A stretch of DNA of 64,000 nucleotides from Singulisphaera sp. GP187 (GTDB taxonomy: Bacteria > Chloroflexota > Chloroflexia > Chloroflexales > Roseiflexaceae), in contig CALQBW020000004.1 in NCBI GenBank assembly GCA_943328915.2, positions 379 to 64,378 of the forward strand, in the 5' to 3' direction. Shown here piece after piece: positions 38,789 through 47,417 of the stretch (the first letter of the stretch is position 1; each line of letters opens with the position of its first letter). Made by a program: the position numbers and the translations under genes. The notes under the pieces are model-generated. The model searched no databases and had not been told where the DNA came from. It saw only the letters and a program-made list of their open reading frames with translations.

Positions 38789-40219
38789 TCAATATCCCTT
38801 ATTACGGCCTGTTACCACATCGACAAAGGTACGTATACAAATCTTGATGTCAAAAAGTAACGACCAATTCTCTACATAGTATAAATCGTATCGCGTACGA
38901 TCTTCAATACTGGTGTCCCCGCGCAACCCGTTTGCTTGTGCCCACCCGGTGATGCCTGCTTTTTGCTTATGGCGACGCATATAATAGGGGATTTCTTGGC
39001 TGAATCGCTCTACCCACACTGCCTGTTCTGGACGTGGACCAACGACACTCATTTCGCCACGAATGACATTTATAAAGTTCGGTAACTCGTCTAGCGACGT
39101 CTTGCGCAAAACACTACCAACCCGCGTCCGGCGCGGATCATCTTTGGTGGTCCAATTGGCAATTTGGGCAGCATCGGTGCGCATTGTGCGGAACTTAATG
39201 GTGGGAAATGGCACGCCATCCATACCTACTCTTGATTGCACAAAAAAGACTGGACCGGCCGATTCGAGTTTTATCAAAAGCGCGATGAGCATCATTAATG
39301 GCGAAACCACTAGCAATACAATCGCAGTAAAGATCATATCAAATGCCCGCTTCAATGCTTGATTCAAGGGATTGGCTAGCGCACCATTGCGGACATTGAG
39401 TAATGGTAATCCCGTAATATCGTTATCAGAAACAACATTATTAGTAATCAACGTAAATGCATCTGGGTAGAGTTTGACTTCGACATGGGCATCTTCGGCA
39501 CGCATGACGATATCAAATAATTCTGTTGACGCTCGCCCAGACAAGGCAACAATAACCAAATCGATATCATGGTTCCTGATAGTTTCACCCATGTTTTCAA
39601 AAGTGCACAGCACTGTTGCATCATAGACCGTTGCACCGACACTAATTGCATCTGACGCAAACCCAACCACACGATAGCCCAAACTCAAATCACGCATCAA
39701 CGATCGATAAACGAGTTGGCCTGGTTCGAGTGCTCCAATAATCAATACACGACGGACATCAATATTCCGTCGGCGAACCTTCGCGAGATTTGTTCGATAA
39801 ATCAACCGCAATACCACCGACATGAAGAGGATGACAGACAAACCACCGAACAACATGGATGTGTTAATTGGGATATTTATCAAACCAAATTGTGGAACAA
39901 CAAGATTGAGTAGATACACAATTCCAACACCTGTGGTCACTGTTGCCATCGTTTTGAAGCTCTCATCAATACGAGACATCCCACGGGGAAGGCGATACAT
40001 TCCGGAAGCTTCGTAGGTCACAAAAAACACTGCGTTAACGAGAATTACAAAAAACCACACCGCCGATGACGGCGTGTTATCAAATTGTGCTTGGCCTTCA
40101 ATATTGAGTGGGCGGATAAACCAGTAAATGACCAACAATGCACTATTGATTGCAATAACATCTGCCGTCACTGCTGCCAAAATTACAATTATTCGATTGC
40201 GCCATAATCGCCATAACAT
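38789..40219 (-). CDS. Polyprenyl glycosylphosphotransferase (WbaP/bacterial sugar transferase family)
   Basis: N-terminal TM segments and a C-terminal ..VGPRPE..AGITGWAQANG..YDLYYVENWSLLFDIKI.. domain. Start placed at ATG 40219, 4 nt after the GT2 stop; 40273 is also possible. Confidence 0.88.
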   Translation of the reverse strand: MLWRLWRNRIIVILAAVTADVIAINSALLVIYWFIRPLNIEGQAQFDNTPSSAVWFFVILVNAVFFVTYEASGMYRLPRGMSRIDESFKTMATVTTGVGIVYLLNLVVPQFGLINIPINTSMLFGGLSVILFMSVVLRLIYRTNLAKVRRRNIDVRRVLIIGALEPGQLVYRSLMRDLSLGYRVVGFASDAISVGATVYDATVLCTFENMGETIRNHDIDLVIVALSGRASTELFDIVMRAEDAHVEVKLYPDAFTLITNNVVSDNDITGLPLLNVRNGALANPLNQALKRAFDMIFTAIVLLVVSPLMMLIALLIKLESAGPVFFVQSRVGMDGVPFPTIKFRTMRTDAAQIANWTTKDDPRRTRVGSVLRKTSLDELPNFINVIRGEMSVVGPRPEQAVWVERFSQEIPYYMRRHKQKAGITGWAQANGLRGDTSIEDRTRYDLYYVENWSLLFDIKICIRTFVDVVTGRNKGY

Positions 40220-40223
40220 ATGT

Positions 40224-41126
40224 TTATTCGCCTCGTCGCGCAGGTCGTGGCGGTCGGAAGTAATTACGCGCAAGACTCGTCTGCTCCTTTAACGTAATCC
40301 CTGTTTCGATAAGCCAACATACTGCCTTCGGTGTGGTAACTGCATAATAACGACGGAAGAAAATCCGCATTGCGTGATAAAAATGATGGATCGTCTCAAC
40401 TGGTTGTTGACGACTCGATGCGCGTTTGACATGATGCACAATCGCATCAGCAACGTAGACTATCTGCCAGCCATATTGTCTGAAGCGGTAGCACCAGTCG
40501 AGGTCCTCGCCATACATAAAGTAGGTTTCATCGAGCAACCCCACCTCACGCAACACGGGGGTAGGCATTAACATACATGCCCCAACCAAGGCATCGACGG
40601 CAATCGTTTCTTTGGGGTCGACAAACGTCATGTTGTAGCGACCAAACCGCGGATTGCGCGGAAATAATCGTGATAACCCGGTCATTCGCCATAACGACAC
40701 TTCAGGTGTGGGAAATGATCGCCGGCATGCTAAATCCAGAGATCCATCAGGTAATAACAACCGTGGGCCAACCATTCCAACGGTTGGATTTGCACGCAAG
40801 TAATCAACTAATGTGTCAAAGGAACCAACAGTTGCCAATGTATCTGGGTTTAGAATCATCACATACTCAGGTGTGTCATTAGACGCTAAAATGCGCTGTA
40901 ACGCTAAATTATTGGCATAGGCGAATCCGCCATTATGGATGCTTTGTATTCGATGCACAGATGGGAAATCATCACGTACCATCGTCATTGAATCGTCACT
41001 TGAGCCATTATCAATCACCCAGATGTCACAAGTCCCCGCTGCAAATCCCAATGGGATTGATGCGAGACATGCACGTAACAATTCACGGGTATTGTAATTG
41101 ACAATGACAATAGCGATCCGTAGCAT
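40224..41126 (-). CDS. Glycosyltransferase family 2
   Basis: [17 protein letters not shown].., ..VIDNGSSD.. and ..GEDLDWCYR.. Confidence 0.88.
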   Translation of the reverse strand: MLRIAIVIVNYNTRELLRACLASIPLGFAAGTCDIWVIDNGSSDDSMTMVRDDFPSVHRIQSIHNGGFAYANNLALQRILASNDTPEYVMILNPDTLATVGSFDTLVDYLRANPTVGMVGPRLLLPDGSLDLACRRSFPTPEVSLWRMTGLSRLFPRNPRFGRYNMTFVDPKETIAVDALVGACMLMPTPVLREVGLLDETYFMYGEDLDWCYRFRQYGWQIVYVADAIVHHVKRASSRQQPVETIHHFYHAMRIFFRRYYAVTTPKAVCWLIETGITLKEQTSLARNYFRPPRPARRGE

Positions 41127-41267
41127 TTACCAACTCCTACGTATTTATACGTGTATATTACCATCACTATCATAGGTCGTAAAGCACAACCACCTGAAAT
41201 AAATAGGGAAGTATTAATAAAGCAGACTCAACCTATGGAACTACCATTACAAACACCTAAATCATTA

Positions 41268-41276
41268 TGGTATGCT
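41268..41276 (+). promoter_or_regulatory. Candidate extended -10 element TGGTATGCT for the RidA-to-methyltransferase operon
   Basis: Located 46 nt upstream of ATG 41323. Confidence 0.3.
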
Positions 41277-41322
41277 AACCCTATGTGAATTGATAATTAA
41301 TTTGATGCGAAAGAGAGCCAAA

Positions 41323-41712
41323 ATGCGCCAACTAATTTCAACCGGGACACCATGGGAAGCCATGGCTGGCTATTCGCGGGCGGTGCGCATTGGTGCTTGG
41401 GTTGCGGTTTCTGGAACAACTGCCTCAAATGCTGATGGCCACGTACAACATTCTGGTGATGCTGGCGCACAGGCAACCTATATCATCCGCAAAATCGAAG
41501 CCGCCCTCAACAGTGCCGGGGCACAATTGAGTGATGTTATACGTACGCGTATTTTTGTCGCAAATATTGAAGATTGGGAATCAGTCGCACGTGCACACGG
41601 GGTGATTTTTGGGGATATTCGCCCCGCAAATACCCTCGTCCGAGCCCAAATGATCGACCCCCGTATGCTGGTAGAGATCGAAGCCGATGCAATTATTTCC
41701 ACCGAAGAATAA
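41323..41712 (+). CDS. RidA/YjgF family protein
   Basis: ..YSRAVRIGAWVAVSGT.. and ..RTRIFV.. ..VEIEADAI.. Start moved to ATG 41323. Confidence 0.85.
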   Translation: MRQLISTGTPWEAMAGYSRAVRIGAWVAVSGTTASNADGHVQHSGDAGAQATYIIRKIEAALNSAGAQLSDVIRTRIFVANIEDWESVARAHGVIFGDIRPANTLVRAQMIDPRMLVEIEADAIISTEE

Positions 41713-41715
41713 CAA

Positions 41716-42369
41716 ATGAGCGATATTCCTGATTTAGCCCTTCGTCACGAAGCCCTCACCCCACGCATCGCTACTGCCAAGCCACCACTTCTTGTATTGC
41801 TCCATGGTTATGGCAGCAATGAAGAAGATTTGCTGCAAATTGCACCGTATTTGCCCGACCAATTCCAAGTAGTAAGCTTGCGTGCACCATTCATGCTGAT
41901 GCCGGGCTCAAATGCATGGTTTGCCATCGAACACACCAACGATGGACTGATTTGCGACGTTACCCAAGCGCAACTATCCTTGGTGGTGCTCAATGAAAGT
42001 ATCGACCAAGCCATCTGCATTTATGGCACTGACCCCCACCAAACCTTCGTCGCTGGGTTTAGCCAAGGTGGGGCAATGGCAGGTTTGGTCGCGATGAGCC
42101 GTAACGATGTACGCGGCACCGTAATAATGAGCGGCATCAACCCATTCAAAGTGACTCCAAACTTGCCTACTACGCCATGTAATAGTGACATCCTGATCGT
42201 GCATGGTACAATCGACGAAGTCGTATCACTCATGGACGGCCAGGCCAGCCGTGATAGCTTGCTAGAGCTCGGTTTCGCTGTCAAGTACATCGAATTCCCG
42301 ATAGGTCATACCATCGATTTACGGGTAATTGGGGCACTCACTCGATTTTTGACCCAGAGATTGAAATGA
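41716..42369 (+). CDS. Alpha/beta hydrolase, phospholipase/carboxylesterase family
   Basis: ..LLHGYGSNEEDL.., nucleophile elbow GFSQGG and ..IVHGTIDEVV.. Confidence 0.8.
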   Translation: MSDIPDLALRHEALTPRIATAKPPLLVLLHGYGSNEEDLLQIAPYLPDQFQVVSLRAPFMLMPGSNAWFAIEHTNDGLICDVTQAQLSLVVLNESIDQAICIYGTDPHQTFVAGFSQGGAMAGLVAMSRNDVRGTVIMSGINPFKVTPNLPTTPCNSDILIVHGTIDEVVSLMDGQASRDSLLELGFAVKYIEFPIGHTIDLRVIGALTRFLTQRLK

Positions 42370-43082
42370 ACAGCAATTCACGACAATTCCTAGAATCATT
42401 TATTGCCATCGAAACATTTTTGGGTGATTGCAGTGGGTTACCGCACGGAGTTCCATTCACTCAGCATGTCGATACATTGCGGCAATCCAATTACGCAGTC
42501 CGCATCTTTGCCGAAGACCTCAAAGCCTTTGCGCGTCTTCGTAACGTGATTGTCCATGAGCGTGGCGGTGGACAGGTCCTCGCTGAGCCGAACCAATGGG
42601 CGGTAGAGCGCATCAGTCACATTTGCGGTATCCTTTTGAAACCAGCCCTCGTGAACCAATTTATGCATACACCGGTACAAACGATTGATGCTGACGAAAC
42701 GTTGGCTGTAGCCACCCAAATGATGTACAAACAGCATTATTCGCAGTTGCCAGTCTATGAAAATGGCCAATATCATGGTATTTTGACCGTGCGCAATTTC
42801 ACCTATTGGATAGGCGCACAGCAGCATCCCAGCCTTCGGCTCGACAAGGTGACAGTGCGCACGGTGATTGCATTTGCGGACCAACGTGATACCGCATTAT
42901 TTGTCAATCCACAGACGCAGTTGGTCGACGTGGTGGGTTACTTTGCCATCCATGATCGACGAAGCACCTATCTAGACGCCGTATTGATTACTCAAGATGG
43001 TACCCCCACCAAACCGCTGCTTGGATTAATTGCCCTGGCGGATATGCCTGCTATCAACGAGCAGCTCCAATTATATGCATAA
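42366..43082 (+). CDS. CBS-pair protein with N-terminal helical domain carrying an R-x4-H (HEPN-like) motif
   Basis: N-terminus ..LKAFARLRNVIVHERGG.. (R59..H64 = 42540..42557). C-terminus has two CBS-like units, ..TIDADETLAVATQMMYKQHYSQLPVYENGQYHGILT.. and ..LDAVLITQDG..LLGLIALADM.. ATGA overlap with the esterase. Confidence 0.6.
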   Translation: MNSNSRQFLESFIAIETFLGDCSGLPHGVPFTQHVDTLRQSNYAVRIFAEDLKAFARLRNVIVHERGGGQVLAEPNQWAVERISHICGILLKPALVNQFMHTPVQTIDADETLAVATQMMYKQHYSQLPVYENGQYHGILTVRNFTYWIGAQQHPSLRLDKVTVRTVIAFADQRDTALFVNPQTQLVDVVGYFAIHDRRSTYLDAVLITQDGTPTKPLLGLIALADMPAINEQLQLYA

Positions 43083-43100
43083 CTGCAAAAGGAAATGACG

Positions 43101-43289
43101 ATGAATCAAGCAATTTTCAACCCAAAAATTGCATTATTTATATGGGTAGCATTCGGAGCTTTATCTGCGGCAGTGATCTATCGCAAAAGCCATCCCCTGT
43201 GGTTTGGTATTTTGATGGGCATATTGCTCGGACCAATGTCGACAGTCATCGCAATTTTCATTCCCATCAAGTCGCCACGCAACAATTAA
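43101..43289 (+). CDS. Small membrane protein (two predicted TM helices)
   Basis: MNQAIFNPKIALFIWVAFGALSAAVIYRKSHPLWFGILMGILLGPMSTVIAIFIPIK.. AAGGA lies 7 nt upstream; ATG 43095 is an alternative start. Confidence 0.5.
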   Translation: MNQAIFNPKIALFIWVAFGALSAAVIYRKSHPLWFGILMGILLGPMSTVIAIFIPIKSPRNN

Positions 43290-43353
43290 TTACGGCGGTG
43301 CCGTATTATGGTATTGGTAGCAATATCGCGTTCCTGTTGTGAAGGAAAAATAT

Positions 43354-44202
43354 ATGAATGCCACCGTTATCGCCCGCATGGATGGCGTCCGGAGCAGTGT
43401 TGAAGTCCTCGAATATCCAACCGTAAGTATATCGCGCCGCCCAGATTTGGCTGCTATCGCGTTTTATGCTCAACAAATGGGACTGCGCTTACGGCAAATA
43501 CGCATAACCCTCAATGACGGCAGTGCAATCATCGAACCCGGAATGTTGCAGTTTAGTCGGGGGAATATCACCACCAATACCAGCGCCGGCGGCGCATGGG
43601 GATTGATAAAACGTGTGATTGAGCGCCGTTTTAACAATGAATCGGTTTTTCGCACCACATTCCACGGTACCGGTGAAATTTACACCGAACCATCGTTCGA
43701 CCACTATCTACTGACTCGCATCCTACCAGATGAGGAAGCAATTGTTGACGATGGACGCTATCTTGCAAGTGAACAAGGTGTCGAAACCAGTCTCGCGTTC
43801 AAAAAAAATCTTTCAAGTTTGATTTTTAGCAAGGACGAAGTCGTTCGCACCCGCATTAACGGGAATGGTTGGTGTGTCGTGCAAAGCCCCATCCCCGCAA
43901 GTGACGTTTTGCGCGTCGATCTCAACAACGAAGAGTTGCGCGTCGACGGTGACATTGTGCTGTTGCGCAAAGGGGTGATGAGCCAGCAGGTTAGCAACGC
44001 GACAAATTCCGTGGTCGGTTTGGCTACTTCCGGTGAAGGTCTTGTGCAAGTATTCCGTGGCACTGGACAAGTGTGGTTAGCTCCCGCAGAACATGGCTAT
44101 AGTCAATTAATTGATTTACTCCAAGCTGCGTCGAACCCTGCACACACAAAACCGACCTTCCCCAATCGAAAAAAATCGTTACTGGAGGAAATGATTAAAT
44201 GA
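43354..44202 (+). CDS. AIM24 (DUF124) family protein
   Basis: ..GMLQFSRGNI..GAWGLIKRVI..ESVFRTTFHGTGEIY.. ..IVDDGRYLASEQGVE.. matches the AIM24 pattern by recall. Start moved to ATG 43354. Confidence 0.72.
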   Translation: MNATVIARMDGVRSSVEVLEYPTVSISRRPDLAAIAFYAQQMGLRLRQIRITLNDGSAIIEPGMLQFSRGNITTNTSAGGAWGLIKRVIERRFNNESVFRTTFHGTGEIYTEPSFDHYLLTRILPDEEAIVDDGRYLASEQGVETSLAFKKNLSSLIFSKDEVVRTRINGNGWCVVQSPIPASDVLRVDLNNEELRVDGDIVLLRKGVMSQQVSNATNSVVGLATSGEGLVQVFRGTGQVWLAPAEHGYSQLIDLLQAASNPAHTKPTFPNRKKSLLEEMIK

Positions 44203-44855
44203 CCACGCCGAATGATCCCCGGCGTATCGTCGCTAGTGGGTACGACAAAATCGCCTTGCGCTTCCAGGAATGGGGAGCAAATCTCCGCTTAGAAGAACGT
44301 GATCGTTACATCCAAGTATTGCTTGATCATGCCACACGGGGTATGCCATTACTCGATTTGGGGTGTGGCAACGGATTACCGTTTACCAAGCAATTGGCAG
44401 AACGCTATCGTGTCACTGCCGTCGATATTTCGCTCGTCCAAGCCAAACTAGCCGCCCGCAACGTACCGCGCGCCCAAGTCATTTGCGCCGATATGAGCAA
44501 AATGCATTTCCCACCCGAATCATTTGATGCAATCAGTGCATTTTATTCGTTGATTCATCTCCCGCGCGAGGAACTTGGCGCGTTTTTGAGCCGTATGACG
44601 CGCTGGTTGCGTCCCAATGGATTATTTGTAGGCTGTTTTATTGCCCACGACATGCCTGGTGATATCGACGATTGGTTGGGCGCACCGATGTATTGGAGTG
44701 GCTACGACAGCCAACGTAACCGTGAGCTTATCAGAACAGCGGGTTTGACGATACATTCGGCCGTCGAAGAGCATGCCGACGAAGATGGTCAGGATGTGGT
44801 TTTTTTGTGGGTTATTGCCGAACGCACACTCGTCCAACCCAATCGGAATACGTGA
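44199..44855 (+). CDS. Class I SAM-dependent methyltransferase
   Basis: Motif I ..LLDLGCGNG.. and ..VTAVDIS.. ATGA overlap with the AIM24 gene. Confidence 0.85.
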   Translation: MTTPNDPRRIVASGYDKIALRFQEWGANLRLEERDRYIQVLLDHATRGMPLLDLGCGNGLPFTKQLAERYRVTAVDISLVQAKLAARNVPRAQVICADMSKMHFPPESFDAISAFYSLIHLPREELGAFLSRMTRWLRPNGLFVGCFIAHDMPGDIDDWLGAPMYWSGYDSQRNRELIRTAGLTIHSAVEEHADEDGQDVVFLWVIAERTLVQPNRNT

Positions 44856-44929
44856 ATAACGATTCCGTTCGTCATACACTTTGAAATTGTAATGGCAAGG
44901 CGACTCTTCACTCACTTCAAGAGGATTTT

Positions 44930-45331
44930 ATGTTTGAAGCAATTGACCATATCGGCCTGGCCGTCAACGACATCGCCGAAGCGGTGGCACTCTACCAAAC
45001 GCAATTTGGCGTCCAGGAATGGGAAATCATCGAGCTCCCCGAGCGCCACATGCGGGTCGCCATCACCACTATCGGCACCAGCATGGTGGAACTCATCGCC
45101 CCCACTGCACACGAGGCAGCCTTTGCGAAATACTTGGCTGAAAAAGGCCCCGGCATGCACCATATCGCCTATCGCGTCGCCGACATCACCGCCGCCCTGG
45201 CTACCCTGAAATCGCAAGGGCTACGCCTTGTGGACGACGTACCCCGCCCAGGATTACACGGCACATTGGTGGCCTTTGTACATCCCAAAGCGACGATGGG
45301 GACATTGATCGAATTGGTGCAACAAGTATGA
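44930..45331 (+). CDS. mce: Methylmalonyl-CoA epimerase (VOC fold)
   Basis: MFEAIDHIGLAVNDI..VELIAP..GPGMHHIAYRV..LVFVHP-type pattern, 133 aa. Confidence 0.85.
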   Translation: MFEAIDHIGLAVNDIAEAVALYQTQFGVQEWEIIELPERHMRVAITTIGTSMVELIAPTAHEAAFAKYLAEKGPGMHHIAYRVADITAALATLKSQGLRLVDDVPRPGLHGTLVAFVHPKATMGTLIELVQQV

Positions 45332-46389
45332 GTGCGGTACGCATCGGCATCATTGGCTGTGGTCCGATTGCCCAAGCGGCGCATTTACCGGCGACGGTCA
45401 AAGCACACAACGCCCAGCTTTATGCCATTGCCGATCGCTCTGCCCGCCTCCGTACGTATGCGGCCGCCGTCTATGAGCCGCACGCAGTCTATGCTGAGGC
45501 CAGCGAATTACTCGCCGACCCCCAGGTAGAGGCGGTGATTATCGCAGTGGCCGACCAATTCCACATCCCACTCACGATCCAAGCCCTCGCCGCAGGCAAG
45601 CATGTGTTGGTTGAAAAACCGCTGGGCGTCGATGTGAATAGTTGCCAGCAGCTGCTGGCGATAAGCCAAACGAGCGACCGCGTCGTACAGGTAGGCAACA
45701 ACAAACGCTTCGACCCCGGAATTGCCTTTGCACATGACATGACCTCACAGATCGGTGAACGCATCGCATATCGTGGCTGGTATTGCGATTCACTCTATCG
45801 CTATACGGTAACTGATAATCTACAGCCCACCATCATCCGAGATTCTGATGCGTTGCGCCCAACCGGCAACCCCAAAGGCGAACGGCGGCGTTATTTGTTG
45901 CTCACGCATGGCAGTCATTTGGTCGACACGGCACGCTACATCTGCGGCCCGATAACCCAAGTGCAAACACGACTGTTACAGCGGGCTGATAGCTGGTGTT
46001 GGTTTAGTGCGGTGACCTTTGCAGATGGAAGTTTGGGACATCTCGATTTGACGGTAACGATTCGCGGCGATCATCACGAAGGATTCCATTTATACGCGAG
46101 CTCAGGCAGTATAATGGCAAAAACGTACTTACCTTGGTTTCATAAAAGTAGCGATGTCGAAGTTTTTACCAGCATTGACCAACAATATCACCGTCCCCTC
46201 GGAGCCGACGGGCATTCGTACAAGCTCCAAATCGAAGGGTTTGCCGACACCATCCGTGGGCGAACTCCGCAACGTGGTAGTAGCGTCCGAGATGGATTAG
46301 CCGCCATCCAAGTGTTGACTGCCATGACGGCTTCCGCAGAAACAGACGGAGCAAATGTGACGGTCGCAGATATCACGGGGGCACCATGA
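45328..46389 (+). CDS. Gfo/Idh/MocA family oxidoreductase
   Basis: VRIGIIGCGPIAQAAH.. and ..GKHVLVEKPL.. Confidence 0.88.
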   Translation: MSAVRIGIIGCGPIAQAAHLPATVKAHNAQLYAIADRSARLRTYAAAVYEPHAVYAEASELLADPQVEAVIIAVADQFHIPLTIQALAAGKHVLVEKPLGVDVNSCQQLLAISQTSDRVVQVGNNKRFDPGIAFAHDMTSQIGERIAYRGWYCDSLYRYTVTDNLQPTIIRDSDALRPTGNPKGERRRYLLLTHGSHLVDTARYICGPITQVQTRLLQRADSWCWFSAVTFADGSLGHLDLTVTIRGDHHEGFHLYASSGSIMAKTYLPWFHKSSDVEVFTSIDQQYHRPLGADGHSYKLQIEGFADTIRGRTPQRGSSVRDGLAAIQVLTAMTASAETDGANVTVADITGAP

Positions 46390-47243
46390 CGTTTACCATG
46401 GGGTGTTCTGTTTGGTCACACAAAGATTGGGTCGGTAATTTTTTTCCAAATGGAAGCAAACCGAGTGATTTTTTGCGACTCTATAGCCAGCGCTTTCAAA
46501 ACGTCGAAGGAAATACAACATTCTATGCACTCCCTTCAGCCGAAACAGTCCAAAAATGGCGTGATGAAACCCCAGAATCATTCACATTTTGCTTGAAAAT
46601 ACCACAACAAATCAGCCATGTTGGTGCCCTCGCAGACAACATTAATGCCACTCATGAATTCCTCAAACGAGTAGCACCACTTGCTTCGCGGCTGGGGCCG
46701 TTTTTTTTGCAGTTACCACCACATTTTGCGCTACGACATGCCGACCAACTTGCCAAATGGTTGGCCGCCTGGCCACAGGAATACCGCATTAGTGTAGAAG
46801 TGCGTCATCGCGATTGGTACAAACCCGCTCACGAACAACGCTTGATTGCCCTGCTTGAACGCCACAATGCAGGACATTGCATGATGGATGTCCGTCCACT
46901 TGATTTAGGGTTCTTACCAGGGGCTGACGTCGATTTGGACAACGCACGTGACCACAAGCCGCAGCTGCCCCTCCGGCCATTTGTGACCAGTAAATTGGCG
47001 TTGGTTCGCTACATCAGCCACCCTAATACCATAAAGAATCAGGCGTTGTGGGATGAATGGTACAACCGCATTCGTGAGTGGTTGCACAATGGGGTGGACG
47101 TGCATTTTTTTATGCATTGTCCAGTCGAAACTACCTCGCCCGAAAACGCCCGGATATTTTACCGACAGTTATGTCAACATACTACATTGCCCATATTACC
47201 GTGGGATCGATTGGCAGTACCGGAGCAAGTGAGTTTGTTTTAG
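46386..47243 (+). CDS. DUF72 (YecE-like) family protein
   Basis: ..GCSVWSHKDWVGNFFP.. start and ..VEVRHRDW.. ATGA overlap upstream. Confidence 0.85.
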   Translation: MTFTMGCSVWSHKDWVGNFFPNGSKPSDFLRLYSQRFQNVEGNTTFYALPSAETVQKWRDETPESFTFCLKIPQQISHVGALADNINATHEFLKRVAPLASRLGPFFLQLPPHFALRHADQLAKWLAAWPQEYRISVEVRHRDWYKPAHEQRLIALLERHNAGHCMMDVRPLDLGFLPGADVDLDNARDHKPQLPLRPFVTSKLALVRYISHPNTIKNQALWDEWYNRIREWLHNGVDVHFFMHCPVETTSPENARIFYRQLCQHTTLPILPWDRLAVPEQVSLF

Positions 47244-47383
47244 GGGGGCGTGCGTCTGGGAAATATGTACCGTTGAAAAATCAACATTGGACCGTGGGCC
47301 GCGTTGAGCAAGCGAAAAAAGTAACATATTCATGAAGCGGGATACGTTTTTTACAAAAAGAGACAACACACAAAAGCGAAGCT

Positions 47384-47392
47384 TGCTACAAT
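47384..47392 (+). promoter_or_regulatory. Candidate extended -10 element TGCTACAAT upstream of the helicase gene
   Basis: Only 25 nt upstream of GTG 47418, so the leader would be very short. Weakest of the nonamer hits. Confidence 0.25.
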
Positions 47393-47417
47393 AGAGGGAG
47401 GAGAAAAAGGATTTACT

